The notes under the pieces were generated by a model. It saw only the letters and a program-made list of their open reading frames with translations. It was not told the origin of the DNA and ran no database searches. A DNA stretch of 64,000 bases. It comes from Raillietiella orientalis. Its lineage: Eukaryota. Made by a program: the position numbers and the translations under genes. Within the stretch, counting starts at the first letter, position 1, and every line of letters starts with the position of its first letter. Of this stretch, positions 1 through 14,385 are shown piece by piece. The stretch spans positions 1,612,001 through 1,676,000 of the forward strand of contig JAYWIR010000022.1 in NCBI GenBank assembly GCA_036172245.1, given 5' to 3'.

Positions 1-3000
1 ACCCATGAAAGCGCTTTGCAAAATAATCGTCATTGACGATTACGGAGAATCCACTCGAACATTCGTCAACTCTTCGGGCAGCACGAAGTGCCTCACGTTG
101 CAGCATACCCATAGTCTTCCACTAGAACGAGGTAGCTGTTTTTTTTTTTTAATTCGACCAAACGAACGAACCTATTATGAGAAAAATAGTCCCAATTTTT
201 CTGAAACGAATATCTATGACAACTCGGAATTATTCCTGTTAATCGACTTGACTTCTTTTATTCAAGTAAACCTGCGATCCAGGACTTCTCCAAAAGTTGA
301 GAGACCGCACACATGCGGGCACAGCATAGTAATATCTCGATTACGCATACACAGCATGAGAGAAACGGGAAATGAGCGTTGAAGAATTTCTCAATTCCTA
401 AACTGTGCTGCTTTTTTTTTTTTTTTTTTCAAAAGGAAAAAAATTCGAACACTTCATTGGCAGCAAACACTGAGCGCTTCCACGAGGAAAGTGCCTGCAG
501 CTCTGAGCCGTGTTGCTGCTCGGAATGCGAGCGTGTGACGGCGCCATTGCCAACATTAGGAGGTAGCAGCTCTTGTGTACACAAATGGGGTGCCCACTGA
601 AAAAGCCTGCGTATTATTAATATTCTGTTTGAACGTAGAAAATGGAGATCGTAATCCTTTTCTGAGGATCCATCAGTCTGTAGATCGAGGAATGCTTAAT
701 AAACATCAAAAATTGATACTGTTTTTCCTTCTTGTGAACTGATTTTGCCTGATTTGTCTTATGAGCCTCACTCGAAAATCCAGGATGCAAAAAGAGAAAC
801 TAAGCAGCAAACGTTAACATGACTAAAATTTCGTACAGCCTTATTGGAGTTGAATTTCATGGCTCATCGTTAATTCCCCCGCATTCCATTTCGTTTTTCT
901 TGTCTTTGGTTATCTCTTATTCTTCGTAATGGTTCTTCCAGCAATATTGTTACGGAAGAAAAGCTCACCTACCTTGGAACACCTCTACGAGTAGCGTGAT
1001 GATTGAACTTGGTGAAGAAAACTCGAGACCTGCTGTGTAGTGTGAAGTGATGCAGCCATATCCGATGTAGTCAAATTTTCTTGCATGCGATGTGCTGGGT
1101 GTAACAGACCAAAAACACGGATGGAATTCATTTCGAATGACTCACGTAGCAAAACAACAAGGGTGTGAAGAATCTGTACCATCGCATCCAAACAACGAAT
1201 TCAGTACAGGCAACATACGCAGAACCTGAGTTGAATAGGTTTCTAATAGGCCAGATACAAACATTCGTTCTATTCGATGAAACAAGAACTAAACAGAGTT
1301 GTATCTCCCTCTGATCATGAAGAATCATGGAGAATGATCCGTTAAATGAACGCCTTAATCATAAGCTACTATAACACTAGATAAAGAGCAGCTGTCTATA
1401 AAACCTAGAACTCCAAAGAATGAAACTGAAACTAAGCATAATCCATGGGAAATAAAACAAAATGGTAAAGGAAAGAGTAAAGTGATAACACCAGCATGAA
1501 TGAATGTTTATGTCAGTGATGAAAACAGCTTATTGAGTATTTGGTTACAAAGCAAGACTACAGGGCAACTGGTGCAGAGAATGTCTATTTTTGTAATCAA
1601 TGTCAAAGTCAAATGAAAAAAAAAAAAGAGAGAACTTCCAAGTCAAGAATAGTCACCAAACGATGCAGTGGAAAAGATTGGTGGTTCATTCGACCACGAC
1701 TACACCCTATCATCACTAAGATCCTGATTCTTGATTTCATCAACACGCTTTGTCCAGAAAACACTTCTGTGCAAAGATGAATTTGTTTTCTGCTGGAGTT
1801 CTACAACCTTTCGTGAATAAAAACTACAGTGAACACACCTTTTAACCACTTTTTTCTCTACGCTGCCGTTGAAACTCAAGGAGTTTCCTGGATTCTTTTG
1901 TTTTCAAGCAAATGAACTATTTTTTTGGTAACCAAATCGTTGCAGTATCTTAATCTACTTAAAATAAATTGGAACTCTGAATATGAACATCAAACGAAAT
2001 CTCTAAGCAAACCACACACGTTTTCACGCGATAGTTTTTTCTTCGAAAAACCATTAACCGACGGCTTTTGGCGTCCCCAATGTAATGTTTGCATGGAAAA
2101 TGTCATCTCCCCCCCCCCCCAGAAACTATGGACATTTTCTGAGCTATATTCTACTCGTACATAAAATGAGGCTGGAAAGTTACCTCAGTTTTAGGAAAAG
2201 TAAAACTGGACACATTACTGTGATGCGCCCAATAATGAATAGCGCAAGCATTAGAAACACGGTAGCATTATGTACCTCCAAGATCAACTGGCCCCATTTT
2301 GAAATACTTACAGCAATGCTTGTACACCCTTCCAGTGAAGTGAGAACCTTGCCTAAGTGACCACTGTCTGGCCCACCCTTTCAGGTACTTTCTTGTTAGA
2401 AAACTGTATTAAACCAAACCAGGTTTTCAGTTTACCAACAGCTGGAAGCTCACACAACCAGGTAATGCATGAAGCGGGATGAAGAACGTGAATGCGCAGT
2501 GCAATCGAAGTAGCAAGTACATTCACGGTATTTTTCTTCTTTGTTCAGTCACTCCAATAGACCAAGTGAATAAAAACTGATCACTGTTTGTGCCAAATCC
2601 GCAACATAGTAATCTTCAGTAACACAGTAATTTTTATTGTAATCTTCTGTTGACATTCGTTGCATTTCGATTGAAAATGAATAACCCTACTTCGCATTTT
2701 TTATTGACGATCCTTCTGGAAAACCCGAAAATACTGTTCCCATAAGCTTGTAAGCCTTAGCACACTTTTGTATATAGTCTCTGCTCTCATTCTACAGTTC
2801 AAGAATCCATTTTGCTTGCACTTCCGAACAGAACAACTCTCTCAGTAGATAAACACCTTTTAGAGCTGTAGAATAATTCTACTAATATGAGGCACTTTCA
2901 GAGTGAAAAACGAACACTGCCAATGTACCTTGCTACACAAAAGATGGCAGAGACCATGTAATGAAAGTCTAACTAAAGTGCACATTGCTTTTCTTACTAT

Positions 3001-4918
3001 ACAATTCCAGTAGCACCATAACTTGAAAAGAGTTGCTAAAACTTTGTTTCCTTGAGGTCTTTGATTATCTAAGAACTCTGTCTCATACAGAGTTGGCTAA
3101 GTTTAAATAACACTTTCATTAAATAGTTATAACAAGATAGACAGTTTTTCAAAGCAATTATTTAATATTGGGCTAATCTGTTTAGAACCTTGGATTTCAA
3201 TCATTAAATCCCTCACTCAACAAGCATGATTTAATTATTCCAAATGAGTAACAGAAACTTCGCGAAGAATTAAATTTGTAAAAAACTATTGAACAAAATG
3301 ATTAGTGTGAAATATTTCAAAACCTTCGTACAAGCCAATAAGCATCAAAATGTTCAATTTCACGATGCCACCTTGTCGACCTAACTCTCGCAATTTTGAG
3401 TCATGAGGAAATTAGTCTTCATTTAAATGACCACAAAACCAATTAACCAACTATTAATGTAAAGAAGCCCTCATTTGTATAAAAGTAAGAATCTTTCTCC
3501 GTAAACAAGCTTCTTATCTAAACACTATTTTGCTCCTAAAATCAGCTGTAAGCTCTGCCCCTGATAGACACTTTTGTAGTTTTGGCCCTTCACCTGACTT
3601 TGCAAGAGGAGCATTACCTGACTATGTATCTGGGTTCGATCACATGATGCTAATTGTTATCGATGCCATCTCTTAAGCAATTAGTCCTTCTCGACACATA
3701 CCAATTTTCTGAAGAAGAAAGTTCATAGCATTCCACTTTAATAATATCAGCATGGCAGCTGGAATTAGAACTCTGAACGAACTATTAACATTCATACATT
3801 TCTAAGTTTCGACTTTAAAAGCTCTTCTGTGCCTATAAAGCTCCCTTAATTTCATAATTAACTATGAAAATACAAGAGCTGATGATATTTTGTTTTTGAT
3901 ATGCACAGTATTTTCCCTTTAAGACTTTCTACACCACATCCGAGTTTTGTTAAACACTTAGATTACGATGATATGTTAAGAATATTAACACTATGAGTTT
4001 ATTTATAAAAGAAAGGGGAATGGTAGGAACTTTTTTCGAATATGTAATTACACGTAACTGGTCTTTATTCTCGAATCACTCTTTGGGTGTGGTATATAAA
4101 GCTTCTATTTACATGGCTCACAAAGTTTTTAACTGTATTTGCTGAATAACCCGTTGGCATACTTTGATTTTTTTATCCACTAACTGTCAAACAATCATGA
4201 AGAGAAATTCATAATACAGGTTGCACACAACAATCTTTATGAAGGTTCAATCCTCTGAAACATATTATTTAAAATGCTCTTTGTTAATTATCCCATATGA
4301 TTTTATTTAAGACTCCTTATGATCATATATTTCACAACTATTTCCGCCACAGATTTTCACTATGTAATGTGGTCATTGCTGTCAAAACTGAATTGGCTTA
4401 CCTAAAACTTCATGCTAATTTATAACAGTCTGGAACGTTATGACTCCTCATTTGGCATTTTCTTGGCTTTTGTTCGATTCACTACACACATGTTCTATAC
4501 TTCTTTGCCGACTTTCTCTCAGATTGGATTTACTCAAGGCTACAAACGGTTTAACGAATCTAATTAATGTTTTGAAAGATTCCATGCTGATGTTCACGAA
4601 CGAAGATTTTAATGAAAAATTTTGGTTTTGAGCTGATGACAGTTCACCTTCATTCTCCTGATTTCGAATCAACTGGTATGCATGAGATGAGCAGAACAAT
4701 GTCTTCCCTTGTGTAACGATATAAACTGACAAAAAATATGGAACTCCGGAGGTGACCCTTCGCTCTAAATAATAATCCTAAAGGAAACATCAACGCGAGA
4801 TAATGTTTTCTCAAACCTACTATTTTGCCTACACCAATGGTCTCATAATATAACTAAAAAAATAATAGATGTACTGCAAATTTTAACCATTTATAAAATA
4901 AAAATAGAAACAGATCTT

Positions 4919-7900
4919 TTAATGATATCCATAATATTTACATTCATAATATGCTCTTTCGATGCATTTCAAACTTCCTTCATATCTTCTGCCTATGGGT
5001 TCCAGATCCTTATAGCACTTGTCAAAAACATCATTCACAATTTCTCTAGCTCTTTCATAGGTTATTCCATGTGCAACGGCAATCGACCACATTGCTTTGT
5101 CTTTGACACACTCCTAGCGAAAAAATAAAAATAAAAAAAATCAGTAAAGAGGCAGTTAGCAGACTAATTCAAAAAGTACGGACCTTACAATACATACAAT
5201 TCATCAAAATGCACACAAAAAATTAAACGTTCAAAGGTCTAATTTGATTTTGCAGTTTTCACACATATTTATTAAAATTGTTTCAAGAACGATATACATA
5301 AAATACCTAAATAATATACACTAACACAGGCCTGTGCACATTTTCAAGATGCCTTCAGCAAAAATTGCCACCTGTTTGATCTCTGAATATCAATGGAAAT
5401 GAAAGAAAAAAGATACTAAACAATGCACACCTTCAAGAATTTGACTCTTCGAAAACGGGCGAAAAGTAAGAACGCTAAAAGATAAATGATAGAACCAAAC
5501 TCAAAATCGACGAATAAATCTGCTTCAATTAATCAGTCGCAACTATTCTGTTGCATATGCAAACAAGCATCCAATGAATAAGACTCACTATGGCGAATTG
5601 GAAAACTCACTTTGGAAACCATTCTTTTGACTGAAAAACAAAGTTTTCTTCCTTCAAAGTGAAAAAACTCATTAAACGATCGGCTACTTCTTGTTTGAAT
5701 GACAATATATTTTACTTTTTCTGGACCTACAATCTATCTCTCTATCCAAGCAGCTAAGTCTGAACTTTTAATTGCCTACTGCTGCATTTGCATTGCCAGA
5801 ATGCTTCATTTCTGACATAACCACAAACATTCCATAAGTCTTAGGAATCAAAACATTAGTTTTCGAACCAATTCCAATAAATGATAATCATCTAAGAACA
5901 AAAAACACAATAGAAATTAAAACCAGCAATTAAGATGGCAGTGTCATAAATTTCCATAAAAAACAATGCAAGACACAACTCACTTAGACATTCTTGTGTT
6001 TATGTGTAAATAAATGTACAAGCAATCACAATAATAAAAAAAATACATAGCAGTAAACAACTGATTCTCTAAAAGTTTGAGTAAAAACATAAATCTCAGA
6101 CATATGAAAATACCTCTAAAAAGTCTAAAGTGAAGGAATCCTATTTTGCACATTTTGGAAAATGAAGCAGCACTAACATTAACAAAACTCACTCGAAAAT
6201 TTTTTCAAAGTACAGTTCTACTGAGAATATGTATCGAAAAATTTAAATAAATAACACAGCAATAGCAAAGCAATAGTCCAGTACAAACACGAATTTTGAA
6301 ATTAAATATAATCAAAAAAGCATACCCTACCATGTAAGGTTTTTTTGAAATTACGGAGTGCAGAATTTTGATCTTTGTGAAAAGATTTGAAAATGAGTAT
6401 AAATAAAACGTAAATAAATATCGAAAATTTTGAATGCTTTAATGAACGGAAAATTGATAATGCATAGGAAACAAGGATCAATGACCCATTACAATATATT
6501 GTAGATAAACTACTATGAATTTGAAGCACAAAAAAGAAACAAATTAAAGAGTAATGTTGCCCTTCCCAAGAAAAACCGGAAGTTGAAGAAACGTGCAGAT
6601 AAATACAGTTAGTTGAAAAAGAAAAACATTGAGAATATAACCGAGAAAAATGAGATGCAGCATAGTTAAAACACATTTTCCTCAGTAATCTTCCGTTCAA
6701 TTCACATAATTAATTTGGTGTTTCCGTACAGAGTTGAAAAATTTAATATTTTGATAAAGAAAAGGTTGGAAAAATCGCTATGAGAATCAAATTATATTTC
6801 ATATCTGACATTGTTGGAGCATCCATTTTATTAAGTTGGATCATTTATTGGACTCCTATGTATAATTCATCTTTCACAACTCATCTTTCATAATTTTCAC
6901 AAAGATGTAACTATTAACCTATGAAATGGAAATTAATTACAATAAATCAACAAAATAATCTCTTGAAAAATCCAAGAATGAACATCAAAACAATATCGAA
7001 AAGCAATAAATTAAACAAAAACTGAAAGTACAGAAAGCTACACATAGAGCAGAGCACTTACATTGTTTACAAAGTACTACATGTACATGTGTACTCCTAA
7101 CCCAGATATATATTATGGAATGACTTAGACAAAAGAAACTGATGAAACACTTTGCAAAAAGCAAAGCAATATTTCTGGATTTTGCAATCGTGTTGAAATG
7201 TAAATATAACTGAAATAAAAATGCACTTATCACAATTACTTTATTCAAATTCGTTCTTGTGTTACCTAAAATGCTTATCTACAGTCATAACTTGAAAAAA
7301 CTACAAATATACTTATAGAACCTAAAGCTCATTCGGAAAAAACTAAGAACACTAAACAACTTCTGCATTTGTATTAAATATACAAAGGATCCTAACATTG
7401 TATGGTATGCTATGATATACAAGGTATTTTCAGTACAGAAATACTGCTAGAAGCTCATGAAAAACAAATGAGGCATAAAAGCAAACGAAACTGATAACTT
7501 TCCAAAATCTTTCTCAGTTTGTCCTTTTCCTTGACTGAATGTTGAATTCAATATTATTACCACCAGAGAACAATATTTTGCTAATGCATACAAACAACTC
7601 ATTTGCAAAATTTTTTTAAAGCACTATACTAATAAAAGATATGAAGCTGTAGATAACAATATACAAATGTAATTGAGAAACTCGAAGTTTTATTATCAAA
7701 ACTTCGAGTTTTGTGCTTTATTATCAAAGGAACATAAAACTAAAATAAATGTTAAGTAAAGTGAATAAAAAACTAATTGCAAATTCTTATTTAAAACTCT
7801 TACAGAATGATGTTTTTTCAGTCTCCAAGGCAGTGCACTACCTTGAAGGAATGCACCCATTATGCTACAGTGAGTCAAATTGGCAGCTCTAATTTCTGAA

Positions 7901-9443
7901 CATGCTACATGTCTCAAGTTCTTGAAATCCATTTTATGTTTACAACGATCAAACATGTGGATCATTTCATGAACCAGAACTGAACAAGTACAAGATGGAC
8001 TTGTAGAGATATTTTGGCACACAACAATCTATAAACAGATTTTTTAAACCATAATTTTTTTATACAATGCATAATACAAAAAATTTGCATTTACTAACCT
8101 GGTTACTTGCTGTATCATATCCTCCACTAAGTTTTGCATCACATTTTTCACATACAATATGATATTCTGGCCTGACAGGACTTCAGCCACCCAAAAAGAA
8201 CAAAAATGTTCAACAAATCTCAAAAAACATATAACAGTTCTTCAAAAAAATTGTACTGTAATATGGAGGTGATCTCTATGGTAACATTTGGATACATGAT
8301 AATTTGTTTCAGAATACAGAAATTCGCATTCTGTGCAACACCAACAGTTGTACACATTATTCCATTCGTATTATTTATTCCTTTTCAAATTCGGATGCAG
8401 CCTTACAATATACAGTCAACATAATATTGAATATACAATAAAATATTGAAAGATATGCATAGAAAAATGGGAGGATATAAAAAAAAATGCAATGTAAAAT
8501 ATGCATAATTCCGTTATTTAAATGTTTCAAAAGATGTTGGAAACACATTAAACACTAAAGACCACAAGAAAAAATGTAGTTGAATGTAGGACATGAAAAA
8601 CAAGTACTTAGCAACCACTTCTCCCTAGATCAAGGAAAAGGAGGTTCAATGCATGTTTGGTTAACCTTTTGCAAAACAATACAATTATGATGAACATTTC
8701 CCAGAAACTATACTTTTGTACAAAAAGAAAATTATATATAAAGAAATAACGCACCAAAAAAAGTTCAAGGCAAAAGATGCACAAAAATGATCCAACGTAA
8801 ATGATAAATGATCTGCAAGACCGCTTTGTATACACAAATCCATTCAGAATCAATACTATAGGTATACAAATTTTTTGCTGATCACAATAAACTCACGACA
8901 TTATGTTAAATATAATATTTCATTTGGATATCTCATATACATTAATTTTGTTTACAAATAAATATATGTACAGTAAAAACATGAAGACATTAACAGTTAT
9001 GGATTCAGCACACTTACCATCCAGATGAGGCCAATGCTTTGATCATCAACTGAACCAGCTTATCTGTTTGAAAAACTGATTAATACTCATGATCATTTAT
9101 AACGAACACAAGCAAATATCTTAATATTTCATAGAAATGCCTATTTAGTTCAAAACCAAGCAAAACTTTGTACTAAGAGAGAGCTACTGCTTCCATTCAA
9201 TTTCATTAATATGGCATTTATTGGAATATTTCTGAGACTGACATTTACAGAAACATGAATCTTACTTGAATTTAAACAATAATTTATATTGTCACGGCAG
9301 AGCGATTTATCTATAGCGGCATGTTCTCCAAAAAATAGACTTTTTGCAAATGATGGCTTGTAGTTCGGATCTTTGCGTTCAGGATAAAAATCATAACCAT
9401 ATTTTCCATGTTTTCGTAATTCTTCTTCAGAACTTCGAACCAT
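4919..9443 (-). CDS. ATP23: Mitochondrial inner-membrane metalloprotease ATP23 homolog (peptidase M76), 5 coding exons
   Basis: Hand-spliced GT-AG exons ~9443-9266, 9063-9018, 8180-8099, 8028-7804, 5113-4919 give MVRSSEE...YGYDFYPER...LVQLMIKALASSGC...CEKCDAKLSGGYD...IVVCQN...VLVHEMIHMFD...LRHVACSEIRAANL...ECVKDKAMWS...VFDKCYKDLEPIGRR...YYGYH*. HEXXH and ACSEIRAANL are ATP23 hallmarks. Confidence 0.93.
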
Positions 9444-12400
9444 TACAGCCTGTTACTTCCACATGCGATATATGTACCAGTTTTCTCGTGCATGCAAAAC
9501 TTTAAAAAATTTTGTTGACGTTATTCCATAGATTAGGTTATAACCTAGTAACCCTGAAATTCAAAAGGAATGAAAATACAATCCTACAAAAAAGACAGTG
9601 ACAGTGCCTTCACGCTTGTCATTCGGTTATCACAATTTTATAATTTGATAAATAAGTAAAGCTCTCGCTAAACGTAGGCCGATACAAGGGACCATCACCA
9701 CAGGATGCAAACGTGCACATTGCAGCGTTTGAAAACAAAAATTATTTTGAGCTTTTTTGTTTAGCTATTATTATAATTCCAAATTCTTTTGCAGATATGA
9801 TTGAACTGAGTCTACGATAAGCGGGCTAAAGCTGAAAAATCAGAATTTGTTAACGTTGAATATATCAATTTACATCTACAAGTTGTCTCTCTGAAATACA
9901 TTTCTGTGTTGGTTTATCTATCATACAAGTCTAAACGAATTGCTCATTATGAATTATACAATACACCATCAACTTTACTCCTGTACCGCTTTGTCTTGCA
10001 TTCCATGTTCAACGAGTTTGTGCATCAGTTCTTTAAGTTGGAAAGTATCTGGAATCAACCTGCTAGACTGATTTTTCTTCTTTGGAGGTGTTTTCCAAGC
10101 TAGTTCTTAGTCACGTAAATCAACAAAATTACTACGAGCCGAAACAGTTCCACACTTCTTAATCCGTGATAAATTTGGAAAAATTAAATGCAATCACTGG
10201 TATGAAAAGTGAAAATATTTTCCCGATCATAGGAGCGTAGGTTCATCTGAGATCTCACACAATCGTTCATCTATTGAAGGCTGGACTCTGAATGCCTCAG
10301 CATTCCGGGTTTAATTAACAACTTCGTTTACCCATTGAGGTTTCTTTCAAATGAATTGTAATTGAAATTATCTCGTATGAAACGAATTCTTTCGATGCTG
10401 TATTCATCATCTTATTATTGAGTGTGCTAACTCATAGCTCAGAAGATTGACTTGGCGCATTTGTCATATAGTATATATCCAACAGCATGTATCACATATT
10501 TCTACAAAGTGCACCATATGGAAACACTTTTATTACATGGTAAAATAATTATGGAACGTTTTATTTTTTGACTTAGTCTTATGGGACTATTTTTTTATTG
10601 AAATCAAATGTAGCGTGCACAGTATGATCTGAAGGCTCCAGCATTATACATTGCAGTTTACTGATGTAGCTAGTAACTATGAAAGCATACAACAAACTAA
10701 ATTTTCACCTATTTTTGCTGACCACTGTCTACACATTTCATTCTTCTCAATGATGCAGATCTTCGACTCGGATGTGGTTTTCACCGTAAAAACATAATGA
10801 AAACATAATGGAAGCTAAATCCTTGCTCACAACGTGAACAAAGATTTAGTTGTTCACTTGAAAAACCGAAAAAAAATAAGGAAATGTCAAAGAATATGTA
10901 AAACAGTCTCTATGATTCCCCAAAAGCATTGTTTCGTGTGTCAAATTTTAAAGTGAAAATATAAAATGCTTGCGCTAAAAAGTTCTGAAGAATTGTCTGA
11001 ATCACAATGTACTCTTTGCAGTGTTTTTTCTGTTCATAACAAGGTGAGTGATAGAAATTTAACACATTTTCAGATTTTTCAGTATTCTATCTCTTAAAAT
11101 CGTAAATCATGCTCGCGTTCTTACGATGTGTATTCAATCAAAAAAAATCCGAGAACACGTGCTACCTTGAAGCATTAACAATAGCTGCCCATTATACCCT
11201 ACACATCTGTAACATCCACACTGAGCCACATGGTGATTTTTTCAAAATTTGAAGTTGCAGGATACACGGAGCTGCACCAACCACACGAGTGGGTCTGATT
11301 GCACCAATGCAGAGTTCAGGAAATTTTTCGTTACTAATAAGCAACAGTAACGATTCTGACCAGTGTGCATCATATCATGCATCGTGCTTATAGAACCATT
11401 TTATACAAATAAATCGTACTTTGTAGTACTTATTTCGGAAGCCCATTTGCAAACCCTTACCTATGTAGTCACATGAATCTCATGAACTAATTACTTTTAT
11501 AAGGATTCTAAAGAAACTTCAGTTATTTCCACAAATTTGAGTTATGTATCATCAGTATCATCTTAGGCACATATTCGACTGATGCGTGGAAATATCTGTC
11601 TAGAAGGGAAGATTTGATTTTCATTCTTATAAAGGAATAAGAATTCTCTTTTTACATGTTTCTATCCTCATCTAAAGTATTTGAATTCAACGTGAAAATG
11701 AATGCCAACTTGACAAAATGATGGAAGATCTGATGAAAAAAGCAAAATTCAAGTTCATGATATGAGGGTAATACCAACTTAACTGTTATTATTCAAATGC
11801 TCCCAATAGCCTAAAGATAAATGACAAAGTGAAAGCATTAACATGGACGATGATAAAGATGGGGCAACACCGATGAAAGTAAATCCGCCAATGTGAGTTT
11901 TTCTTTTTCGAGAACACAATATTTTTATCATTCTAGAGGAAAATAATAAAATAGAGAGGAATACAAAGGTAATCATGAACATTTCAAAACACTACTACGA
12001 AAAAGAATTGCTGATTAAGAATAGAATAGACTCTATTAAGTGTCATTGATTAATTGAATTTGCATTGTCTTTGTATTTTTCTTTTTTTCACAGGCTAGGT
12101 ACTCATAATGTAACTGTGATTTGTAGGTATATCATCGAAAAATCAGTGGTTTCTTGACTCACCACCATACGAATTTCCCTTCTTGTGATCCTTGCAATTT
12201 TCACTTTGATTCATTTACCATTTAAGCGATGAATTAGAATTCCATAATAAGATTAGCCAGTACAATAGCAATGCTTGCATTTAAATGATATGTTTGTTAC
12301 TGCTTCAGACACCAGTTTCGTACGTCTGAAAAAATTCCTGAGATGTTAAAAATATTCGGCGAAGATATGAATAGAAATTAATTTCAAGTTTATTTTGATG

Positions 12401-12695
12401 CTATTTAAATATTCTTGAAATGTTCTAGATATTTGCCCCATTAAAATACTGGATTAAACATTTTTAATGACTTTCGCATACTGGTAAGCATGTTACTTTA
12501 CGATTGCTCGTAGGTTACAGTATTGCATTCGCACTGCTTTGTCTGTTCAGGAATTGAGCTTTCTGCATCAATTCCTACAAGAGGAAAAATATGGATAATT
12601 AGGTAGTTTGCAATTAAAAGAGTACTTTTTTCTGTTTTGCTTAGGATTAGTCTTCATTTATCATGTATTGGTTAATTGGTCGTAATTGCACAGTT

Positions 12696-14321
12696 ATGTG
12701 TAGGCTTTCAGTTTGCAAAATTAAAGTTAATGTAGCCAGATACATTGGTAAGTTTTTAGCCTTTACGGAAACAAATGAGTGTGTGCAAAAGTTGATTCCG
12801 TCAAAATGGAAAGCATCCCTCGAGACGTACGAATTGTTGAAGTTGGACCAAGAGACGGTTTACAAAATGAAGCTAAGTTTGTTCCATCAGACACAAAAAT
12901 TGAGTTTATAAATAGACTTTCGAGAACTGGAATAAAATGTATTGAAGTTACAAGGTAATAATTTTCAAGTTTTCTCTGTATTTCATTGTTAATGTAAGTT
13001 TTGTTTCTCCGAAATGGGTTTCCCAAATGGCTGATCACGAAAGGGTTTTCGAAGGAATTGAAAAAGCATCAAATATTTCTTACCCCGTATTAGTTGCAAA
13101 TTTGAAAGGTTTGGAATCAGCAGTACGTGTTCTTTATGTATTTGCTTTCGTGTGCTTTTGCTTACTTGAAAACAGTTTTGGATGCTTTCTTTAAGATCCG
13201 AGATGAATTTGTTAAAGTATTGTTTGTTTATAGCTGTATTTTGATGTTTTTTTTGATATATTTTGAGTGCCTTAATATTTAATTTTGATTTTAATTTAAG
13301 TTCTGTAAAAGAATTTCTGAACGCCGAACATGCTTTTGAATAAGCAAACAATGCTTTCTTTTTTATTTAGTCCCGCTTATATTTAACTATCTCAAATATT
13401 CAAACAGGCAATTGAAAGAACCATCAGAAGTCTAATTAATAATTAGTTATTCCAAGAGATCATTTCTGAATTCTGTTACGAATTCTAATAAATAAACATA
13501 AACATAAAAGTATGAGATTATCAGAAACATCAGACTTAAGATGAATTCAAATAGCCATGTGATTTTGCGTTTTTATTGAAGCTTCAGAAAGGTGTCAAAG
13601 AAATTGCTGTATTTGCTGCTGCCTCAGAGTCATTTAGTAAGAAAAATATTAACTGCTCTATCACAGAGAGCTTGCAGCGCTTTGAGCCAGTTCTGCATAA
13701 AGCTCGTGAAGCCCAAATTCAAGTTCGTGGATATGTGTCTTGTGTGCTAGGCTGTCCCATAGAAGGTCCTATTTCCCCAGTGGCTGTAATGGAAGTATGG
13801 ACCCTTAGCAAACATATACTTTTTTGGTTTTCACATATTTGGATAGGTGGCTAAACAGCTGAAAGAAATGGGATGTTACGAGATTAGTTTAGGGGACACA
13901 ATTGGTGTGGGAACTCCTGGAAGCATGAAAACATTACTGGATGTTGTAACAGCTCACCTTCCAGTTGAATATCTTGCTGTACATTGCCATGACACATATG
14001 GGCAGGCTCTTGCTAATATTTTAGTAGCTTTGCAGGTAAAATTATGGTGTCTACATTCAGAAAGAAAGGAGAATCTTTTAGTATGGTATCTCAGTAGTAG
14101 ACAGCTCAGTAGCTGGTCTAGGAGGTTGTCCATATGCAAAGGGTGCCACAGGCAATGTAGCCACTGAAGATGTACTATATATGCTACATGGATTGGGCAT
14201 TAAGACAGGCGTAGATTTGCCAGCTGTCATGGAAACTGGACAATTTATCTGTGCAGCAATTGGGAGACGCAATGCATCTAAAGTCAGTGAGGCTTTAAGG
14301 GCCTTGAAAAGTATTACATAA
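12696..14321 (+). CDS. HMGCL: Hydroxymethylglutaryl-CoA lyase, mitochondrial; 6 exons; start could be 12663 or 12696
   Basis: Spliced product contains [107 protein letters not shown]. Introns 12749-12792, 12955-12998, ~13123-13581, 13795-13846, 14036-14081; TAA at 14319-14321. Confidence 0.96.
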
Positions 14322-14385
14322 CTTAAAATGTGTGCAGACGAACAATATTACTTTGGGATTCCAAAAATAAAATTACTTTTTATTA

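Noticed and set aside
1..1330. Short ORFs at the window start
   Set aside because: No motif, splice-consistent model or family resemblance that I can support.
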